From: Candidatus Pacearchaeota archaeon
GTDB taxonomy: Archaea; Nanobdellota; Nanobdellia; Pacearchaeales; GW2011-AR1
Reading direction: 5' to 3'
NCBI GenBank assembly: GCA_018304985.1
Contig: JAGVWP010000001.1
Span: 3,913 to 67,912 of the forward strand
DNA: 64,000 bases
Shown: positions 58,577 to 64,000 of the stretch, one piece after another
How the letters are laid out: every line of letters starts with the position of its first letter
Position numbering within the stretch: the stretch's first letter is position 1
Program-made: the position numbers and the translations under genes
Notes under the pieces: generated by a model
Told to the model about the DNA's origin: nothing
Seen by the model: only the letters and a program-made list of their open reading frames with translations
Database searches by the model: none

Positions 58577-58846
58577 TCATTTGGTATGGTTAGAATAAGC
58601 TTCCTGGGCTTTATTTGATAATCTCCATCTAAGTCTTCTTAGGTATTTAGTTCCCTTTGAATTCTTATTTATAGGGATAACAATACCTTTTTTCTCTAAT
58701 TCCTGAATTAGAGTTTTTGTAAATTCTTCATCCCTAGCTATTTCATGGGCTATTTGAGAAGTAAATAGTGGTTTTGGGAATTGATCATAAAGAACTGAAA
58801 GAATATGTTCTGTTATTTTTTCCCTCTTTTTATCTGAAATTTTCAT
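58577..58846 (-). CDS. small winged-helix protein
   Basis: ORF with a helical pattern. Confidence 0.3.
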   Translation of the reverse strand: MKISDKKREKITEHILSVLYDQFPKPLFTSQIAHEIARDEEFTKTLIQELEKKGIVIPINKNSKGTKYLRRLRWRLSNKAQEAYSNHTK

Positions 58847-58907
58847 AAAAAGAGTTGGAAAAGTAGGTTTATAGTTTTTATTATCAAGATATCATCAAGA
58901 AAGACTT

Positions 58908-59312
58908 TTATGGTTTAACAACTCTTGGAAGGGGGATGTGTGGTGGAAGATTAAGGTCCTCTTCCAGCTGCAAGGCACGTAAGTTACATTTTGTAAAGAT
59001 AGCATTAATTACCTCGGCTTTTATATCTTCAGAGATTTTTTTGTCCTTCCAGTCTTTTAATATCTTTTTAGAAATTTCATTATTATCAACTAGAACAAAA
59101 ATAGTCCCTTCCATTAGTAAATTGGCAAAGTTTGGCTCGTAATCCACTTTAAATTCGTAATCAAACATTAAAGTGTCCTGGTTTTTGAATATTTCAGCTG
59201 TCTTTTTCTCAATATTCTTCACCTCAGCATTAAGATTTATATTAAGGCCTTTAGCAGAATCGCCTTTTCTTTCTACAGTAATTTTCTTAAAATTAAATCC
59301 AACAATCTTCAT
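58908..59312 (-). CDS. hypothetical protein
   Basis: ORF. Confidence 0.35.
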   Translation of the reverse strand: MKIVGFNFKKITVERKGDSAKGLNINLNAEVKNIEKKTAEIFKNQDTLMFDYEFKVDYEPNFANLLMEGTIFVLVDNNEISKKILKDWKDKKISEDIKAEVINAIFTKCNLRALQLEEDLNLPPHIPLPRVVKP

Positions 59313-59363
59313 TTTAATGAATTATTCTCTAAATTTTATAAAGTTTATTAATATCAAAAATAA

Positions 59364-59624
59364 TTATCTTAAATCTTCTTCAGAAACAACTACAAAATCC
59401 CCTATAGCCATGATAGAATTGTGAGGAATAAGCAATTCCCCTTGATTTGTTCTTTCAAGATTAAGGTTTTGAGAGTAAACTGTCGGGTTTTTAATAACTA
59501 ATTGTATTAATTCGCCACTTCTTGTTTCAAAAGTAATGTCCTGAATAAAACCTATTCTCTTACCTTCTTTTGTAACAACTAATTTTCCGGCAAGTTCCCT
59601 TAACGCTCTTTTTTCGTCTGACAT
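59364..59624 (-). CDS. PRC-barrel domain protein
   Basis: GKRIGFIQDITFETRSGELIQLVI pattern. Start taken at the ATG (MSDEKR), with an aaaagtttaaata BRE/TATA about 30 nt upstream. Confidence 0.5.
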   Translation of the reverse strand: MSDEKRALRELAGKLVVTKEGKRIGFIQDITFETRSGELIQLVIKNPTVYSQNLNLERTNQGELLIPHNSIMAIGDFVVVSEEDLR

Positions 59625-59830
59625 ATTAGGTAAAAATAGACTCAATATTTAAACTTTTCTATTATTTGTTAATGAGTATTCAATGATTAGTGTTATTAAA
59701 ATTAATTATAATAGATTTTGAATAGATTAATTCTAACAGAGTTGATTGTAAGGTTTTTGAATGGTTATAGTTTAAAAAGGGAAAGTAATGATTTGAAATA
59801 CCCTTAAAGGGTGGCATTGCACAAACTTGA

Positions 59831-59995
59831 CTCCACCCTGACCCCCTGGTTTCGTATAGAAATGTTTAAAAAGAAAATTGAAATTTTGCTTTTCTTTCTC
59901 TTCTTTTCTTTTTTAAATATATATATTATATATTATATATATTATATTATTATATATAGTAATATATATACTAAAATATATATGTTGATGAGAAT
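59831..59995. promoter_or_regulatory. oriC: predicted chromosomal replication origin region: ORB-like box (ctccaccctgaccccctggtttcg, 59831-59854) plus AT-rich DUE with (TA)n/(TATAT)n tracts (59906-59985)
   Basis: Immediately upstream of orc1/cdc6, in the canonical archaeal oriC-cdc6-polD arrangement. A pyrimidine run precedes an almost pure A/T repeat. Confidence 0.45.
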
Positions 59996-60254
59996 TTGTT
60001 AAAAGATTCTAAAATAAGTTATAAGAAATTATAAACTAAGTTATGGGAATTTTAAAGGGAATTCTGGCTATTTCAAAGGAGGAAAAAAGATATATTTCGA
60101 GGGTAAAGTTTTATTTTTAATGTATTTAATTCTCCATAAGAAACAGAGGTGTGAGTATAAAATAATTAAGATTTAAATTAAAGAAATAACCTATTATACA
60201 AAAGTTTATAAGAAATAAGATTATCTGATTTTGTAAAAAGAGGAAAAAGAGGAA

Positions 60255-61577
60255 ATGCCCAATATATTGCCAATATCAAAGACACCTAATTCAAAAATAC
60301 CTAATACCTTAAATAATTCAAATAAGTCTCAGGAGGGGATGAATAAAATTTTTGATTCTTTTATGCAGAATAGTATTTTTGAAAATAAAGCGGTTTTACA
60401 GACAAGTTATACTCCTGAAACTATCCCACATAGGGATGAACAAATAGGGCAGATTGCCAGTATATTAGCTCCTGCATTGAGGGGTGAGAGAACAAGCAAT
60501 TTATTTGTTTATGGCAAAACTGGGAGTGGGAAGACTATTTCTGTCCAGTGTGTTAGGGATGAATTGTTAAAAAGACAAGCAACAAACAAAAATAAATTAA
60601 TTATACAATATATTAACTGCAAGCTAAAAAAGGTTTCAGATACAGAATATAGGATTTTAGCCGAGTTAATAAAAAAGCTCGGAGGAAATGTTCCTGCTAC
60701 TGGTCTTCCGACAGACCAGGTTTATAATAAATTTTTAGAATTAATTGACAATGAAAAGAAATTAGTTATTCTTATTTTTGATGAGATTGACCATGCAGTT
60801 AATAAAATTTCAGATAATTTCCTTTATAACTTAACTAGATTAAATTCCGAGCTTTCTAAAAGCCAGATAAGTGTTGTTGGAATAAGCAATAATCTGACTT
60901 TCTTAGATGATCTTGATCCTAGAGTTAGGAGTTCTCTAAGTGAAGAAGAGGTTGTTTTTCCACCCTATAATGCTTTAGAGTTACAAGATATTTTAAAAAA
61001 AAGAGCAGATATGGCCTTTAAAAAAGGAGTTTTAGAAGAAGGAGTTATAGCAAAATGTGCTGCATTCGCTGCAAGAGAGCATGGAGATGCAAGAAGAGCT
61101 TTAGATTTATTAAGAATAGCTGGTGAAATTGCTGAAAGAAATAATCTCCTTAAAGTAAGTTTGAAAGACATAGATAATGCCAATGAGAAAATAGAGAAAG
61201 ACAAAATTTTAGATATTGTTAAAACAGAGCCAAAGCAATTTCAGCTTGTTCTTCTTGGAATTATGGAAATTCTTGAAAAAAAGGAAAAAAGCGAAAAAAC
61301 TTTGTTTGATAGCGAAAAAACAAAGCAAAGTGAGGTTTTTACAGGAGATATTTATAATGCTTACCAGATATTATGCGAGAAAACAAAAACAGAAGTGTTA
61401 ACTCAAAGAAGGGTTTCAGATATCTTGTCTGAATTTGACATGATGGGAATAATCAACAGCACTGTGATCTCCAAAGGAAGACAGGGAAGAACCAAAAAAA
61501 TAAAATTAGCTGTCCCGAAGAATCTTACAGGAAAAGTGAAGACTATTTTATATGATTCACTTGAATTAACTGCTTAA
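60255..61577 (+). CDS. orc1: Orc1/Cdc6 replication initiator (AAA+ with C-terminal winged helix)
   Basis: Walker A GKTGSGKT, Walker B ILIFDEID, sensor and arginine regions, winged-helix C-terminus. Confidence 0.9.
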   Translation: MPNILPISKTPNSKIPNTLNNSNKSQEGMNKIFDSFMQNSIFENKAVLQTSYTPETIPHRDEQIGQIASILAPALRGERTSNLFVYGKTGSGKTISVQCVRDELLKRQATNKNKLIIQYINCKLKKVSDTEYRILAELIKKLGGNVPATGLPTDQVYNKFLELIDNEKKLVILIFDEIDHAVNKISDNFLYNLTRLNSELSKSQISVVGISNNLTFLDDLDPRVRSSLSEEEVVFPPYNALELQDILKKRADMAFKKGVLEEGVIAKCAAFAAREHGDARRALDLLRIAGEIAERNNLLKVSLKDIDNANEKIEKDKILDIVKTEPKQFQLVLLGIMEILEKKEKSEKTLFDSEKTKQSEVFTGDIYNAYQILCEKTKTEVLTQRRVSDILSEFDMMGIINSTVISKGRQGRTKKIKLAVPKNLTGKVKTILYDSLELTA

Positions 61578-61647
61578 TTTGAAAGTTTAATTTAAATTAT
61601 GGAAATTAAAAAAGAAGTTACATCAGTAAATAAAAATAATTTTAACA

Positions 61648-63264
61648 ATGAAGCAGGAAATGCTAGATTTTTGCAGGCAAAGAGGCATTTTAATAGATAG
61701 GAGCATATTAGAACTGCTTGGAGATTTGCAGGATTTGGAGATTGCTAAGAATTTAATAGAAAGAATTGAATACCAATATAAACAAAAAATAATCACAAAG
61801 GCTTTCTTTTACAATAATCTCAATAAGGTTTCTGAAATTTTGATGAATTATAGTGGAGAGGATAAAAGAGCTATAGAAGATTTTTTAGAGAAGTTAGGTT
61901 TAGACTTAAAAATACTAGTTTTTGATGAGAAACTGCCTCAAAACAACAAAAAAGAAGAGTTTTTTTTAAATAGAAACAATCATGGAATAAATCTGCTTAA
62001 GATTTACCAAAATCAGCCAAAGAAAATTGAGGTAAATGATTTCGTTAAGAATTTTAGAAATAGATTTAATACTTTAAAAAATTTCTTGCAGGAGAGAACA
62101 GAACTGGAAAATTTAGCTTCTATTTCTAGAATTGAGAATAATAAAATTTTTTCACTAATTGCAATAGTTTATGACAAAAAAGTTACTAAAAATGATAATA
62201 TTCTTCTTGAATTAGAAGATTTAACAGGCAAGGTAACAGCAATAGTCAATAAAAATAGGCTTGATGTTTATGAAAAATCCAAGGAAATAATTTTAGATGA
62301 AGTTATTGGGTTAAAGTGCAGCGGCAGCAGAGATATGGTTTTTGTTAATGATATTGTATTTCCAGATATAAAATTACTTGAAAAGAAAAAATCAAATAAA
62401 GAAGAGCTTGTTGCTTTTACTTCAGATGTACATGTTGGAAGCGACAAGTTTCTTGAAAAAAATTTCCTGAAATTTATTAGCTGGTTGAATGGTAAGGAAG
62501 GCAGTGAAAAACAAAAAGAAGAAGCATTGAAAGTCAAATATCTTTTTATTACTGGAGATTCTGTTGATGGAGTTGGAGTTTATCCCGGGCAGGAAACTCA
62601 GCTCGATATAATAGATGTAAGAGACCAGTATAAAAAACTTGCAGAACTGCTTTTAATGATACGAAATGATGTGAAAATAATTTTATGTCCTGGGCAGCAT
62701 GATGCTGTTAGAGTTGCAGAACCACAACCAATTATTGGAGAAACTTATGGCGGGGCTTTGTATAATTTAGATAATTTATACCTTGTTACAAATCCCTCTC
62801 TTATTGAAGTTGGAACTGATGTAAAATTCAAGGTTTTAATGTATCATGGGGCAAGCATGCACGGAATTATAAACAGCATTGATAACTTAAGAATGAATAG
62901 GGCTCATGATTATCCAACACAAATTGTTAAATATATGCTGAAGAAAAGACATCTAGCTCCAACACACTCACTTGTAACTTATACTCCATTGGAAAACGAA
63001 GATGCCTTATTAATTAAAGAGATTCCAGATATTGTTGCAACAGGGGATCTTCATCGCCCGGAGATATCAGATTATAATGGAATATTATTATTTTCTGGAA
63101 GCTGCTGGCAATCTATAACTCCATTTGAAGAGAAAGTTGGCAATAACCCAGATCCATGCAAAGTTCCAATTTTAAATTTGCAAACAAGAGAAGTAAAAAT
63201 GCTTGATTTTTCAGATGTAAATGAATTAGATAATAAAGAAAATGAATTAGGGGGAGAGATTTAA
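61648..63264 (+). CDS. DNA polymerase II (PolD) small subunit DP1
   Basis: Calcineurin-like phosphoesterase motifs DVHVGSDKF, GDSVDGVGVYPGQ, CPGQHDA and GDLHRP; located next to cdc6. Confidence 0.85.
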   Translation: MKQEMLDFCRQRGILIDRSILELLGDLQDLEIAKNLIERIEYQYKQKIITKAFFYNNLNKVSEILMNYSGEDKRAIEDFLEKLGLDLKILVFDEKLPQNNKKEEFFLNRNNHGINLLKIYQNQPKKIEVNDFVKNFRNRFNTLKNFLQERTELENLASISRIENNKIFSLIAIVYDKKVTKNDNILLELEDLTGKVTAIVNKNRLDVYEKSKEIILDEVIGLKCSGSRDMVFVNDIVFPDIKLLEKKKSNKEELVAFTSDVHVGSDKFLEKNFLKFISWLNGKEGSEKQKEEALKVKYLFITGDSVDGVGVYPGQETQLDIIDVRDQYKKLAELLLMIRNDVKIILCPGQHDAVRVAEPQPIIGETYGGALYNLDNLYLVTNPSLIEVGTDVKFKVLMYHGASMHGIINSIDNLRMNRAHDYPTQIVKYMLKKRHLAPTHSLVTYTPLENEDALLIKEIPDIVATGDLHRPEISDYNGILLFSGSCWQSITPFEEKVGNNPDPCKVPILNLQTREVKMLDFSDVNELDNKENELGGEI

Positions 63265-63266
63265 GA

Positions 63267-64000
63267 ATGATAGCAGATGATAAAGTTTATGGTAGAGAAC
63301 AAGTAGAGGATCCTTTATTAGTGGAGCTTATTAATTCTCCAGAATTAATAAGGCTAAAAAGTATTTCTCAATATGGGTTGCCTCCAGAACTTTATCACAA
63401 AGAGGGGTTTTCCAGATATGAACATTCTGTAGGGGTATTAATTCTTTTAAGGAGATTAGGAGCTGATTTAAAAGAACGGGCTGCAGGATTAGTGCATGAT
63501 GCTTCCCATACGGCTTTTTCTCATGTTGTTGATTGGGTTGTAGGGGATCCTGCTAGAGAGGATTATCAGGACCGCACTTTTTTAGAGTTTCTAAAAAAAT
63601 CAAGCCTTAAAGGGATTTTTGATAGATATAGTATTAATTATAAAGAGATTGGTAATCTGGGCAATTTTTCCTTATTGGAAAGAGAGCTTCCAGAATTATG
63701 TGCCGATAGATTTGATTATACTGTGAGGGAAATGTTAGGTTTTGAAAGTAGAGATGTGATTGAAAGAATTGTTGGAAATGTTCAGAATGAGAATGGGTTA
63801 ATGGTTTTTAAATCTAGAGGGGTTGCAGAATTATTTTCTGCAGGATTTATGGAGTGTCAGGAAGAACATTGGGGAGGAGATGAAGCAAAAGCGAGGTATC
63901 ATATTTTTTCAGAAGCTATTAGATTAGCAATAAGAAGGAGATATATCTGTTTTGAAGATTTAATGGGAACCGATATGGAAGTTGTTGCAAAGCTAGAAGC
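63267..64000 (+). CDS. HD-domain phosphohydrolase, 3' partial (runs off the window)
   Basis: The frame is open to the window end; it carries an H...HD...H motif (RYEHSVGV...LVHDASHTAFSH). Confidence 0.55.
   Translation, partial: MIADDKVYGREQVEDPLLVELINSPELIRLKSISQYGLPPELYHKEGFSRYEHSVGVLILLRRLGADLKERAAGLVHDASHTAFSHVVDWVVGDPAREDYQDRTFLEFLKKSSLKGIFDRYSINYKEIGNLGNFSLLERELPELCADRFDYTVREMLGFESRDVIERIVGNVQNENGLMVFKSRGVAELFSAGFMECQEEHWGGDEAKARYHIFSEAIRLAIRRRYICFEDLMGTDMEVVAKLE

Noticed and set aside
59811-60002. 63-aa ORF (YIIYYIYYIIIYSNIY)
   Set aside because: It is a translation of the TA-repeat DUE of the predicted origin; not a gene.

Overview
The window looks like a low-GC (~30%) archaeal chromosome segment. 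Archaeal markers are RNA polymerase subunits N, D and F, r-proteins L21e, S13, S4, S11, L18e, L13 and S9, a DUF655 protein, SecD/SecF, a XerA-like recombinase, Orc1/Cdc6 followed by the DNA polymerase II (PolD) small subunit, and an isolated 5S rRNA. Tiny overlapping genes and the AT bias suggest a DPANN-like lineage, but that is inference. Positions 1-28000 hold a very large cell-surface glycan biosynthesis island. It contains an AglH/WecA-like initiating transferase, two Wzx-like flippases, many GT2, GT4 and GT-C glycosyltransferases, a GT9-GT2 fusion next to an ADP-heptose-type adenylyltransferase, four SAM methyltransferases and a B12-binding radical SAM enzyme. It also carries GDP-mannose 4,6-dehydratase with a DegT aminotransferase, a polysaccharide deacetylase, and an unusual pyruvate-kinase-like::ATP-sulfurylase fusion beside a sulfotransferase. 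Positions 28300-29400 hold a small membrane-protein gene flanked by perfect 32-bp direct repeats, a lone 5S rRNA, and three tRNAs (Leu-TAG, Arg-CCT with an over-long D region, Gly-TCC). Positions 32700-44000 hold rpoN abutting a free-standing LAGLIDADG/HTH endonuclease gene, an AbiE-like wHTH + nucleotidyltransferase pair, and a MacB-type ABC ATPase. They also hold a tightly coupled nine-gene operon with two FtsX-type permeases, a secreted COG1361-like protein and several uncharacterised small proteins. Positions 44800-50000 are a ribosomal protein / RNA polymerase cluster with a second tRNA-Leu. The right end carries pyrD, a nuclease, a XerA-like recombinase and two paralogous coiled-coil/HTH proteins embedded in unusual repeat DNA (an array of AAACAGCTGTTT palindromes, in-gene tetranucleotide repeats, and a 450-bp polypurine spacer). 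It ends with a predicted oriC (AT-rich DUE with an ORB-like box) immediately upstream of orc1/cdc6-polD small subunit. Several families of short intergenic palindromic repeats recur across the window. All calls come from reading the sequence and the ORF translations; no database search was possible.
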